64,000 nucleotides of DNA from Escherichia coli (lineage in GTDB: Bacteria > Pseudomonadota > Gammaproteobacteria > Enterobacterales > Enterobacteriaceae). The stretch lies in assembly GCF_003790525.1 (NCBI RefSeq), contig NZ_CP033635.1; one strand, given 5' to 3'. This document shows positions 1 to 10,051 of this stretch, piece by piece; the stretch's first letter is position 1, and every line of letters begins with the position of its first letter. Under the pieces are notes generated by a model, which did not search any database, was not told the origin of the DNA, and saw nothing but the letters and a program-made list of their open reading frames with translations. The translations under genes were made by a program, and so were the position numbers.

Positions 1-2403
1 CACGTCTGCCAGGGTGATTTGCTGCTTCATCGGCGTGAGGATCGGCAACTGGCGCAGTGCCTGCGGGCTATCGCGCCAGCTTTGCGGATAACGCAGATTA
101 ATTGGATAACGAGCAATCCCTTCCACCGTTTCGCCAACCATCGCCCCGCCCACCGCAGATGTCACAAACAATTGCACATCCGCCACCGTCATACCGTAAC
201 GCGCGGCTTTTTCACGGTTAATCTCAACGTTGATATAGCGCCCACCTTCCAGCCGCTCGGCAAGAGCAGAAGCTACGCCTGGCACCGTTCGCGCCACTTC
301 TTCAATTTGCTCCGCCATCGTGTCGATATCCGCCAGCACAGTGCCGGAAACTTTAATGCCGATAGGGCTTTTAATGCCAGTCGAGAGCATATCGATACGG
401 TTACGAATTGGCGGCACCCACAGATTCGCCAGCCCCGGCAGACGCACGGTGTTATCCAGTTCCTCAATGATTTTGTCCATCGTCATGCCTGGCCGCCACT
501 GATCTTGTGGCTTAAGCTGGATAGTCGTTTCTACCATCTCCAGTGGAGCTGAATCGGTGGCGGTTTCCGCTTTCCCGGTTTTGCCAAATACCCGCGCCAC
601 TTCCGGTACGCTCATAATCAGCTTGTCGGTTTTTTGCAGCATGCTCGCCGCCTCTGCTGCGGAAATCCCCGGCAGCGTCGATGGCATATACAACAAGTCG
701 CCTTCATTGATCTGCGGTAAAAATTCCCCGCCAACTTTATTGAGCGGCCAGAGTACCGTCAGCACCGAAAGCGCTGCCACCAACAGCGTGGTTTTCGGCC
801 AGTGCAGTACTTTCAGCAACAGCGGATGATAAACACGAATCAAAAAGCGATTGAGCGGGTTACTGCTTTCCGGCGGAATTTTGCCACGGATCCAGTAGCC
901 CATCAGGATCGGGATCACTACGATCGCCAGTAGCGCCGCGCCCGCCATCGCATAGGTTTTGGTGAACGCCAGCGGGCCAAACAGACGACCTTCCTGCCCT
1001 TCCAGGGTGAAGATCGGGATAAACGACAGCGTGATAATCAGCAGACTGATAAACAGCGCCGGCCCCACTTCAACAGATGCATCGGTAATCACCTGCCAGC
1101 GCGTTTTATTATCCAGCGTGGCGTCAGGATGCTGGTGCTGCCACTCTTCCAGCCGTTTATGCGCATTCTCGATCATGACGATAGCGGCATCGACCATCGC
1201 CCCGACGGCAATCGCAATACCGCCCAGCGACATAATATTGGCGTTCAGTCCCTGAAAGTGCATGACAATAAAAGCAATACACAACCCCAGCGGCAACGAA
1301 ATAATCGCCACCAGCGCCGAGCGCACATGCCAGAGAAACAGCGCACAGACTACCGCCACCACAATAAACTCTTCCAGCAACTTGCCACTGAGGTTGTCAA
1401 TGGCGCGGTCAATGAGCTGGCTGCGATCGTATGTTGTAACTATCTCCACGCCTTCCGGCAGACTGCTTTTCAGCGTTTCCAGTTTGTCCTTCACGGCAGC
1501 GATCACTTCACGGGCGTTTTTGCCGGAACGCAGGATCACCACCCCGCCCGCCACTTCGCCTTCGCCGTTCAGTTCGGCAATGCCCCGGCGCATCTCCGGG
1601 CCAACCTGGACCTTCGCAACATCACGCAGATAAACGGGCACGCCATTTTCACTGGCTTTTAAAACGATGTGATTAAAGTCGTCGAGCGTTTGCAGATATC
1701 CGCTGGCGCGCACCATATATTCCGCTTCCGCCAGTTCGATCGACGAACCGCCCGCTTCCTGGTTTGAAGCATCCAGCGCGCTTTTTACTTCGGCGAGACT
1801 GATGCCATACTGCGCCAGGCGCTGAGGATCGATAACCACCTGATACTCTTTCACCACACCGCCCACCGACGCCACTTCCGCAACGTCAGGGATGGTTTTT
1901 AGCTCATATTTGAGAAACCAGTCCTGCAATGAGCGTAAATCGGCCAGATCGTGCTTACCGCTGCGATCTACCAGTGCATATTCATAGATCCAGCCAACGC
2001 CCGTGGCGTCTGGCCCCAGCTCGGCGCTGACTCCCGCAGGCAGCTTCCCCTGTACCTGATTGAGGTACTCCAGCACCCGCGAGCGCGCCCAGTACGGATC
2101 GGTGCCATCTTCAAAAATGACATACACATAAGAGTCGCCAAACTGCGAGAAACCGCGCACTGTCTTCGCGCCAGGTACCGACAACATGGTGGTGGTTAGC
2201 GGATAAGTCACCTGATTTTCAACGATTTGCGGTGCCTGACCGGGATAGCTGGTTTTAATAATCACCTGTACATCAGAGAGATCCGGCAGCGCATCCACTG
2301 GCGTGTTAATGATGGTCCAGGTGCCCCAGATGCTCAGAAACAACGCGCCCATCAGCACCAGAAAACGGTTCGCCACCGAGCGACGAATAATCCATTCAAT
2401 CAT
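1..2403 (-). CDS. cusA: CusA, RND inner-membrane copper/silver efflux pump (partial; C-terminal part lies beyond the window start)
   Basis: Reverse complement at 2380-2403 encodes MIEWIIRR, the CusA N-terminus; minus-strand frame stays open to position 1; sits downstream of cusB. The long plus-strand ORFs here are antisense shadows. Confidence 0.9.
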   Translation of the reverse strand, partial: MIEWIIRRSVANRFLVLMGALFLSIWGTWTIINTPVDALPDLSDVQVIIKTSYPGQAPQIVENQVTYPLTTTMLSVPGAKTVRGFSQFGDSYVYVIFEDGTDPYWARSRVLEYLNQVQGKLPAGVSAELGPDATGVGWIYEYALVDRSGKHDLADLRSLQDWFLKYELKTIPDVAEVASVGGVVKEYQVVIDPQRLAQYGISLAEVKSALDASNQEAGGSSIELAEAEYMVRASGYLQTLDDFNHIVLKASENGVPVYLRDVAKVQVGPEMRRGIAELNGEGEVAGGVVILRSGKNAREVIAAVKDKLETLKSSLPEGVEIVTTYDRSQLIDRAIDNLSGKLLEEFIVVAVVCALFLWHVRSALVAIISLPLGLCIAFIVMHFQGLNANIMSLGGIAIAVGAMVDAAIVMIENAHKRLEEWQHQHPDATLDNKTRWQVITDASVEVGPALFISLLIITLSFIPIFTLEGQEGRLFGPLAFTKTYAMAGAALLAIVVIPILMGYWIRGKIPPESSNPLNRFLIRVYHPLLLKVLHWPKTTLLVAALSVLTVLWPLNKVGGEFLPQINEGDLLYMPSTLPGISAAEAASMLQKTDKLIMSVPEVARVFGKTGKAETATDSAPLEMVETTIQLKPQDQWRPGMTMDKIIEELDNTVRLPGLANLWVPPIRNRIDMLSTGIKSPIGIKVSGTVLADIDTMAEQIEEVARTVPGVASALAERLEGGRYINVEINREKAARYGMTVADVQLFVTSAVGGAMVGETVEGIARYPINLRYPQSWRDSPQALRQLPILTPMKQQITLADV

Positions 2404-2414
2404 TGGTTATTCCC

Positions 2415-3638
2415 TCAATGCGCATGGGTAGCACTTTCAGAGCGCATCCGCTCCAGTGCGCCAGAAATATTGGCTTCAGAATCAATCAGGAACAGGCCGC
2501 TGGAAACCACCTTTTCACCTTCCGCCAGACCAGAGCGTAACGCGGTGACGCCTTGCGATGCCTGGAAAACGGCAACGCGTTTCGGTACAAAGCGCCCGTC
2601 AGCATCAACGGTAATCACCCGCTGTTCGTTGCCGGTATCAATCAGCGCCTGTGACGGAATGAGCAGCATCGGTTCGCTGGCGGTATTGAGTTGCAACCAG
2701 GCGTTCATGCCCGGTTTTAGCGCCTCGTCGGCGTTGTCGACTTCCAGACGCAGTTGTAGCGTGCGGGTCGCGGCATCCACGCCGGGTAGCAGGGTCCATT
2801 TGCGAATGGTGAGTGTTTTATCCGGTCGCGCCGGAACGGTGAGGGTAAACTGCGAGGCATCTTTCACCAGCCAGGCGATGGACTCCGGGATCGCAGCAGT
2901 GACCCACACCGGGTCCATACCCTGAATTTTCGCGACCACGTTATCTTTGGCGATATTCATTCCCGCGCGCAGATCAAACGCGGTGATCACGCCATCAATG
3001 GGCGCTTTGAGCGTAAAGCGAGTCTGGATTTTTTGCGTGGCGATCAGGCGGCGAATATCCGCCTCCGGCATTCCCGCCAGTCTCAGCCGCTCAAGAATGC
3101 CTTCAGTCTGGGTCGCCGTACCGCCGGTTTCGCGCAGCAGTAAATACTCACTCTGCGCTTCCACCCAGTCGGGAATGGTCAGGTCGAGAAGCGGTGTGCC
3201 CTTTTGTACTTTATCGCCCACGGTAAGCGGATACACCTTGTCGATAAACCCGGCAGCGCGAGCCTGCACAATGGCATACTGATACTCGTTGTAACTGACA
3301 TTCGCCGGGAAACTCTGGGCAAAAGTCAGCGGCCCGCGCGTGACGGTCGCCGTTTTCACCCCCAGATTCTGCGTCTGGGTCGGGTCAATGCGTACACCAG
3401 ACGCAGAACTCTCTTCATCGGCATATTTCGGCACCAGATCCATATCCATAAACGGCGATTTACCTGGTTTATCGAACCGCGTATTGGGATACATCGGGTC
3501 GTACCAGAATAAGATTTTACGTTCTGCGGTCGGCGTTTTTTCTGCGGGCGGTTCAGCCTTTGCAAACCAGGTAAAACCTGCCGCAGAAATAATACCGCCC
3601 GCGATCATGCTGCCGATAATAAGCGCGATTTTTTTCAT
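2415..3638 (-). CDS. cusB: CusB, periplasmic adaptor of the CusCBA efflux system
   Basis: 407-aa ORF beginning MKKIALIIGSMIAGG with a signal/anchor; position between cusF and cusA. Confidence 0.92.
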   Translation of the reverse strand: MKKIALIIGSMIAGGIISAAGFTWFAKAEPPAEKTPTAERKILFWYDPMYPNTRFDKPGKSPFMDMDLVPKYADEESSASGVRIDPTQTQNLGVKTATVTRGPLTFAQSFPANVSYNEYQYAIVQARAAGFIDKVYPLTVGDKVQKGTPLLDLTIPDWVEAQSEYLLLRETGGTATQTEGILERLRLAGMPEADIRRLIATQKIQTRFTLKAPIDGVITAFDLRAGMNIAKDNVVAKIQGMDPVWVTAAIPESIAWLVKDASQFTLTVPARPDKTLTIRKWTLLPGVDAATRTLQLRLEVDNADEALKPGMNAWLQLNTASEPMLLIPSQALIDTGNEQRVITVDADGRFVPKRVAVFQASQGVTALRSGLAEGEKVVSSGLFLIDSEANISGALERMRSESATHAH

Positions 3639-3653
3639 CTCATTAAACCTGGG

Positions 3654-3986
3654 TTACTGGCTGACTTTAATATCCTGTAATAAAGAAAGGTTGCCCTGCT
3701 GGACAAAATTAAACGCCACTTTGTCGCCGGTTTTAATTTCGCTCATTTTCGTCTGCGGGGTGATGGTAAAGCGCATGGTCATCTCCGGCCAGTTCACGGC
3801 AGCAATCGGATCGTGATGGATGGTGATTTTTTTGCTTTCCAGATCAACACCTTTTACCACGCCAGTGGCGCTAATAACCTGTGGCTGTGCTTCGCTCATG
3901 GATTCATGATGATGTTCGTTAGCCTGGGCATTAAAGCCAATAACGGTAAACAGACTAAACATTGCGACTTGCAGTGCTTTTTTCAT
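3654..3986 (-). CDS. cusF: CusF, periplasmic copper/silver chaperone
   Basis: 110-aa ORF with signal peptide and His-rich motif NEHHHE; position between cusC and cusB. Confidence 0.92.
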   Translation of the reverse strand: MKKALQVAMFSLFTVIGFNAQANEHHHESMSEAQPQVISATGVVKGVDLESKKITIHHDPIAAVNWPEMTMRFTITPQTKMSEIKTGDKVAFNFVQQGNLSLLQDIKVSQ

Positions 3987-4009
3987 TTATTCTCTCCTGG
4001 AGTTAAAAA

Positions 4010-5392
4010 TTATTGCTGCCAACCGCCGCCTAAGGCGGTATATAAAGAAATTTCGTTAACCTGACGGGCATAATTCAGGTCAAGTAAAGTTTGTCGGGTT
4101 GCAAATAAAGAACGCTCGGCATCCAGCACTTCCAGATAACTTACTGCGCCGTGCTGATATAATGCCCGCGCCCGTTGCAAAGTAATTTTCAGCGATGCCA
4201 GATAACGCTGCTGGGCGCTGATTTGATCGTTCAGGCTTTGACGTAATGCCAGCGCATCTGCCACTTCTTTAAAGGCATTCTGGATTTTCTGTTCATAATT
4301 CACCACCGACTGCTGCTGGCGAATTTCGGCGATATCCAGATTGGCCTGGTTGCGTCCGGCATTAAAAATGGGGATCTCAATTTTGGGTATAAAATTCCAC
4401 ATCCCGCTGCTGGCGTTAAATAATGACGACAGATCGCTACTGGCGGTCGATATTCCGCTGGTCAGGCTGATAGACGGGAAAAATGCCGCGCGTGCAGCGC
4501 CAATATTGGCATTAGCCGCCATTAACGCGTGTTCAGCTTCCATAATATCAGGGCGCTGCAATAAGATTTGCGACGGCAAGCCCGCCGGTAATTTAACGCT
4601 TTGCAGGCTGTCGCTGTTTACTGTCTGCGCTTGCGGCAGCTTGCCGTAGCTTCCCAATAACAGTTGCAATGCATTATTCGCCTGCGCCAGTTCCCCCTGA
4701 CGTTTAGCGATGTCGCTGCGGGTACTTTCTATCACCCCGCGAGCCTGTTCTAGCGCCAGAACATTGCTGCTACCGGTCAACAGTTGTTTTTCGACAAATG
4801 CATATGACTGCTGATAATTACGCAGCGTTTCTTCGGCTATTTGCAATTGCGCATACGCCAGTTGCTGATTGAAATAGCTTTGCGCGACATTAGAAACCAG
4901 CAGAATATGCACCGCGCGCTGAGCTTCCTCAGTAGCTAAATAATTTTGACGCTCGGCTTCGCTCATGTTCTTTAAGCGCCCGAAAAAATCGAGGTCAAAG
5001 CTGGCGTTAAGGCCGGTCGAAAACTCCCGTGTCGTGGCGGTATTCCCTTTAAGATTACCGCTCCAGCTGCCGCTGCCCTCGCCATTGAGCTGTGGGTAGC
5101 GGTCGGCATCGGTCAGACGATATTGCGCCCGTGCCTCCTGCACTTTCAGCGCCGCCATGCGCAAATCCCGGTTATTCACCAACGCCTCGCTAATCAGCGT
5201 CTTCACCTGATTATCAACAAAAAAGGTGCGCCAGCCCGCGTTCTGGTAGTTATCTGCTGCGTTAACCAGGCCGTTCTGGCTGAGTGAGAACTGCTGCGGC
5301 ACGGGCATTGCCGGACGCTGATAATCCGGTGCCAGTGAACAACCGGTTAGCGCAAGGGCCACACAAAATGGCAGAAGTTTACAAGGAGACAT
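4010..5392 (-). CDS. cusC: CusC, outer-membrane efflux channel lipoprotein
   Basis: About 460-aa ORF, N-terminus MSPCKLLPFCVALALTGCSLAP with a lipobox; first gene of the cusCFBA operon. Confidence 0.92.
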   Translation of the reverse strand: MSPCKLLPFCVALALTGCSLAPDYQRPAMPVPQQFSLSQNGLVNAADNYQNAGWRTFFVDNQVKTLISEALVNNRDLRMAALKVQEARAQYRLTDADRYPQLNGEGSGSWSGNLKGNTATTREFSTGLNASFDLDFFGRLKNMSEAERQNYLATEEAQRAVHILLVSNVAQSYFNQQLAYAQLQIAEETLRNYQQSYAFVEKQLLTGSSNVLALEQARGVIESTRSDIAKRQGELAQANNALQLLLGSYGKLPQAQTVNSDSLQSVKLPAGLPSQILLQRPDIMEAEHALMAANANIGAARAAFFPSISLTSGISTASSDLSSLFNASSGMWNFIPKIEIPIFNAGRNQANLDIAEIRQQQSVVNYEQKIQNAFKEVADALALRQSLNDQISAQQRYLASLKITLQRARALYQHGAVSYLEVLDAERSLFATRQTLLDLNYARQVNEISLYTALGGGWQQ

Positions 5393-5462
5393 AGGCTCAT
5401 AATTTCTGGTGATTTTATGCCGCCAACTTTACTCGCCAGGCTCTGATTTTCCGGTGACAGGA

Positions 5463-5484
5463 AAATGACAAAATTGTCATTTTG
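5463..5484. promoter_or_regulatory. CusR (copper) box in the divergent cusC / cusRS promoter region
   Basis: Perfect palindrome AAAATGACAAAATTGTCATTTT in the 156-bp cusC-cusR intergenic region; matches the known CusR operator architecture. Confidence 0.75.
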
Positions 5485-5548
5485 CCAATAAGCGATTGCC
5501 ATCTGATCCCGCTACTCTAGAATTGCCCGGGCAACATGCGGAGGAAAT

Positions 5549-6232
5549 ATGAAACTGTTGATTGTCGAAGATGAAAAGAAAACCGGAGAATACTTGACCA
5601 AAGGGTTAACCGAAGCCGGTTTTGTGGTCGATTTGGCCGACAACGGGCTGAATGGCTACCATCTGGCGATGACCGGTGATTATGATCTGATAATCCTCGA
5701 TATTATGCTGCCGGACGTGAACGGCTGGGATATCGTGCGCATGTTGCGTTCCGCCAATAAGGGGATGCCGATTCTGTTGCTTACCGCGCTTGGCACCATT
5801 GAACATCGCGTCAAGGGGCTGGAGTTGGGGGCGGATGACTATCTGGTTAAGCCGTTCGCTTTTGCTGAACTGCTGGCGCGGGTGCGCACTCTACTGCGGC
5901 GCGGGGCGGCGGTGATTATCGAAAGTCAGTTTCAGGTTGCCGATCTGATGGTCGATCTCGTCAGCCGCAAAGTCACCCGTAGCGGCACGCGCATCACGTT
6001 GACCAGTAAAGAATTTACTTTGCTGGAGTTTTTCCTCCGCCATCAGGGTGAAGTGCTGCCCCGCTCGCTTATCGCCTCGCAGGTGTGGGACATGAATTTC
6101 GACAGCGACACTAACGCCATTGATGTGGCGGTGAAGCGGCTACGCGGCAAAATCGACAACGACTTTGAGCCGAAGCTGATTCAGACCGTGCGCGGCGTGG
6201 GCTATATGCTTGAGGTGCCGGATGGTCAGTAA
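5549..6232 (+). CDS. cusR: CusR, OmpR-family response regulator
   Basis: 227-aa [19 protein letters not shown] with receiver and winged-helix layout; GGAGGA Shine-Dalgarno 5 nt upstream of the ATG. Confidence 0.93.
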
Positions 6233-7664
6233 GCCATTTCAGCGCCCGTTTTCGCTGGCAACCCGTCTGACCTTTTTTATCAGCCTGGCCACCATCGCGG
6301 CGTTTTTCGCCTTTGCATGGATCATGATCCACTCGGTAAAAGTGCATTTTGCCGAGCAGGATATTAATGATTTAAAAGAGATTAGCGCCACCCTTGAACG
6401 GGTACTTAATCACCCTGACGAAACGCAAGCCCGACGCTTAATGACGCTGGAAGATATCGTCAGTGGTTATTCCAACGTGTTGATTTCTCTGGTAGATAGC
6501 CACGGTAAAACGGTGTATCACTCCCCCGGTGCGCCGGATATCCGCGAGTTTGCACGTGATGCCATACCCGATAAAGACGCTCGGGGCGGCGAGGTGTATC
6601 TCCTTTCCGGCCCGACAATGATGATGCCAGGCCACGGTCACGGACATATGGAACACAGCAACTGGCGGATGATTAACTTGCCGGTTGGCCCGCTGGTGGA
6701 CGGCAAACCGATTTATACGCTCTACATCGCGCTGTCTATCGATTTTCATCTTCATTACATTAATGATTTGATGAATAAACTTATTATGACCGCATCGGTA
6801 ATCAGCATTCTGATCGTCTTTATCGTGCTGTTGGCGGTACATAAAGGTCACGCGCCGATCCGCAGCGTCAGCCGTCAAATCCAGAACATTACCTCGAAAG
6901 ATCTCGACGTTCGCCTCGATCCACAGACCGTGCCCATTGAACTCGAACAACTGGTGCTGTCGTTCAACCATATGATCGAGCGTATTGAGGATGTCTTTAC
7001 CCGCCAGTCCAATTTCTCAGCGGATATCGCCCACGAAATTCGTACACCAATTACGAATCTCATAACGCAAACGGAAATCGCCCTCAGCCAGTCGCGCAGC
7101 CAGAAGGAGCTGGAAGATGTGCTCTACTCTAATCTCGAAGAGCTGACGCGAATGGCGAAAATGGTCAGCGATATGTTGTTTCTCGCCCAGGCCGATAACA
7201 ACCAGTTAATCCCCGAAAAGAAAATGCTCAACCTGGCGGATGAAGTCGGCAAAGTGTTCGATTTTTTCGAGGCGTTAGCGGAAGATCGCGGCGTGGAGTT
7301 GCGGTTTGTTGGTGACGAGTGTCAGGTTGCGGGCGATCCGCTGATGTTGCGTCGGGCGTTAAGCAACCTACTTTCTAATGCCCTGCGTTATACGCCAACC
7401 GGAGAGACAATTGTCGTGCGCTGCCAGACGGTCGATCACCTGGTGCAAGTTACCGTCGAAAACCCTGGTACGCCCATTGCGCCTGAGCACTTACCGCGAT
7501 TGTTTGACCGTTTCTACCGCATTGATCCTTCCCGCCAGCGAAAAGGCGAAGGTAGCGGTATTGGCCTGGCGATAGTGAAATCGATTGTTGTCGCGCATAA
7601 AGGCACGGTTGCGGTAACGTCAGATGCGCGGGGAACAAGGTTTGTTATCATATTACCCGCTTAA
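6222..7664 (+). CDS. cusS: CusS, copper-sensing histidine kinase
   Basis: ORF contains [19 protein letters not shown] with two TM segments and an HK core (HEIRTPIT); start chosen at the ATG at 6222, overlapping the cusR 3' end by 11 bp. Confidence 0.88.
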
Positions 7665-7813
7665 TCCTTCAGCAAACGGCAACTTTTATAACCAGTGTAA
7701 AAATAACGTGCCGCAATAATCCTACCTATTAATGATAAAAAGCTGTCACAATTCATAAAAAACTTTAATATACGCCACCCTAAACATAACCAGCGTTAAT
7801 GTAAGGTTTTTGT

Positions 7814-10051
7814 GTGGACTGGCTTCTTGATGTTTTTGCTACCTGGCTCTACGGCTTAAAAGTAATCGCGATAACGTTAGCGGTCATCATGTTCATCAGC
7901 GGGCTGGACGATTTTTTTATTGATGTCGTCTACTGGGTACGCCGCATTAAACGCAAGTTGAGTGTTTATCGCCGCTACCCGCGAATGAGTTACCGCGAAC
8001 TGTATAAACCAGATGAAAAACCGTTAGCGATTATGGTTCCGGCGTGGAATGAAACGGGCGTCATCGGCAATATGGCCGAGCTGGCGGCGACCACGCTCGA
8101 CTACGAAAACTATCATATCTTTGTTGGCACCTACCCCAACGACCCCGATACTCAGCGTGATGTTGACGAAGTGTGCGCTCGCTTCCCGAACGTGCATAAG
8201 GTAGTCTGCGCGCGTCCTGGCCCCACCAGCAAAGCCGACTGTCTGAACAACGTGCTGGACGCCATCACCCAATTTGAACGTAGCGCCAATTTCGCTTTTG
8301 CTGGTTTTATTCTGCATGACGCCGAAGATGTGATTTCACCGATGGAATTGCGTCTGTTCAACTATCTGGTCGAGCGTAAAGATCTGATTCAGATCCCAGT
8401 GTATCCGTTCGAACGCGAATGGACGCACTTCACCAGCATGACTTACATTGATGAGTTTTCAGAACTGCATGGCAAAGATGTTCCGGTGCGTGAAGCCCTC
8501 GCCGGACAGGTGCCCAGCGCAGGCGTCGGCACCTGTTTCAGCCGCCGCGCCGTGACCGCTCTGTTAGCTGACGGTGACGGTATTGCTTTCGACGTGCAGA
8601 GTCTGACTGAAGATTACGATATTGGCTTCCGCCTGAAAGAAAAAGGTATGACGGAAATTTTTGTCCGTTTTCCGGTGGTGGACGAAGCCAAAGAACGCGA
8701 GCAGCGTAAATTTTTACAGCACGCACGGACGTCAAACATGATCTGCGTGCGCGAATATTTCCCCGATACCTTTTCGACTGCGGTTCGACAAAAATCTCGC
8801 TGGATCATCGGCATTGTTTTCCAGGGCTTTAAAACCCACAAATGGACCTCCAGCCTGACGCTGAACTACTTTCTCTGGCGCGACCGCAAAGGGGCAATCA
8901 GTAACTTTGTCAGCTTCCTCGCGATGCTGGTGATGATCCAGCTTTTGCTGTTACTGGCGTATGAAAGTTTGTGGCCCGATGCCTGGCATTTCCTTTCTAT
9001 TTTCAGCGGCAGCGCATGGTTAATGACCCTGCTGTGGCTAAACTTTGGTTTGATGGTTAACCGCATCGTGCAGCGGGTGATTTTTGTCACTGGCTACTAC
9101 GGTCTGACGCAGGGGCTGCTATCTGTCCTGCGTCTTTTCTGGGGTAACCTGATTAACTTCATGGCCAACTGGCGCGCGTTAAAACAGGTACTTCAACACG
9201 GCGATCCGCGTCGAGTGGCGTGGGATAAAACAACGCATGACTTCCCCAGCGTGACTGGCGATACCCGCTCGTTGCGCCCGTTAGGTCAAATCCTGCTGGA
9301 AAATCAGGTCATCACTGAAGAACAACTCGATACAGCACTGCGTAATCGCGTCGAAGGTCTACGCCTGGGCGGTTCAATGCTGATGCAGGGGCTGATTAGC
9401 GCCGAGCAACTGGCACAGGCGCTGGCAGAGCAAAACGGCGTGGCGTGGGAATCCATCGATGCCTGGCAGATCCCTTCCTCGCTGATTGCCGAAATGCCGG
9501 CCTCCGTGGCGCTGCATTATGCGGTACTGCCGCTGCGTCTGGACAATGATGAGTTAATTGTCGGCAGTGAAGATGGTATTGACCCGGTTTCGCTGGCGGC
9601 CCTGACGCGTAAAGTCGGACGCAAAGTGCGTTACGTCATTGTTCTGCGGGGACAAATTGTCACCGGATTACGCCACTGGTATGCACGCCGACGCGGTCAC
9701 GATCCGCGGGCAATGTTGTACAATGCAGTTCAGCATCAGTGGCTCACGGAACAGCAGGCCGGTGAAATCTGGCGGCAATATGTGCCGCATCAGTTCCTGT
9801 TCGCCGAAATACTGACCACGCTCGGTCATATTAATCGTTCAGCAATTAACGTGTTGTTATTGCGCCATGAACGCAGTTCTCTGCCGCTCGGCAAGTTTTT
9901 GGTCACCGAAGGCGTTATCAGCCAGGAAACGTTGGATCGCGTCCTGACAATTCAACGCGAATTACAAGTTTCGATGCAATCACTATTACTCAAAGCAGGT
10001 TTAAACACAGAAAAGGTTGCGCAACTGGAGTCCGAAAATGAAGGAGAATAA
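7814..10051 (+). CDS. nfrB: NfrB, inner-membrane family-2 glycosyltransferase (phage N4 adsorption protein B)
   Basis: 745-aa ORF MDWLLDVFATWLYG; the first codon is GTG; 3' end overlaps nfrA. Confidence 0.9.
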   Translation: MDWLLDVFATWLYGLKVIAITLAVIMFISGLDDFFIDVVYWVRRIKRKLSVYRRYPRMSYRELYKPDEKPLAIMVPAWNETGVIGNMAELAATTLDYENYHIFVGTYPNDPDTQRDVDEVCARFPNVHKVVCARPGPTSKADCLNNVLDAITQFERSANFAFAGFILHDAEDVISPMELRLFNYLVERKDLIQIPVYPFEREWTHFTSMTYIDEFSELHGKDVPVREALAGQVPSAGVGTCFSRRAVTALLADGDGIAFDVQSLTEDYDIGFRLKEKGMTEIFVRFPVVDEAKEREQRKFLQHARTSNMICVREYFPDTFSTAVRQKSRWIIGIVFQGFKTHKWTSSLTLNYFLWRDRKGAISNFVSFLAMLVMIQLLLLLAYESLWPDAWHFLSIFSGSAWLMTLLWLNFGLMVNRIVQRVIFVTGYYGLTQGLLSVLRLFWGNLINFMANWRALKQVLQHGDPRRVAWDKTTHDFPSVTGDTRSLRPLGQILLENQVITEEQLDTALRNRVEGLRLGGSMLMQGLISAEQLAQALAEQNGVAWESIDAWQIPSSLIAEMPASVALHYAVLPLRLDNDELIVGSEDGIDPVSLAALTRKVGRKVRYVIVLRGQIVTGLRHWYARRRGHDPRAMLYNAVQHQWLTEQQAGEIWRQYVPHQFLFAEILTTLGHINRSAINVLLLRHERSSLPLGKFLVTEGVISQETLDRVLTIQRELQVSMQSLLLKAGLNTEKVAQLESENEGE

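Noticed and set aside
19-2199. Several plus-strand ORFs (19-552, 557-829, 959-1255, 1129-1662, 1951-2199) at the window start
   Set aside because: They lie antisense to the cusA coding frame, which is continuous on the minus strand and ends at the CusA N-terminus MIEWIIRR at 2403; they are shadow ORFs.
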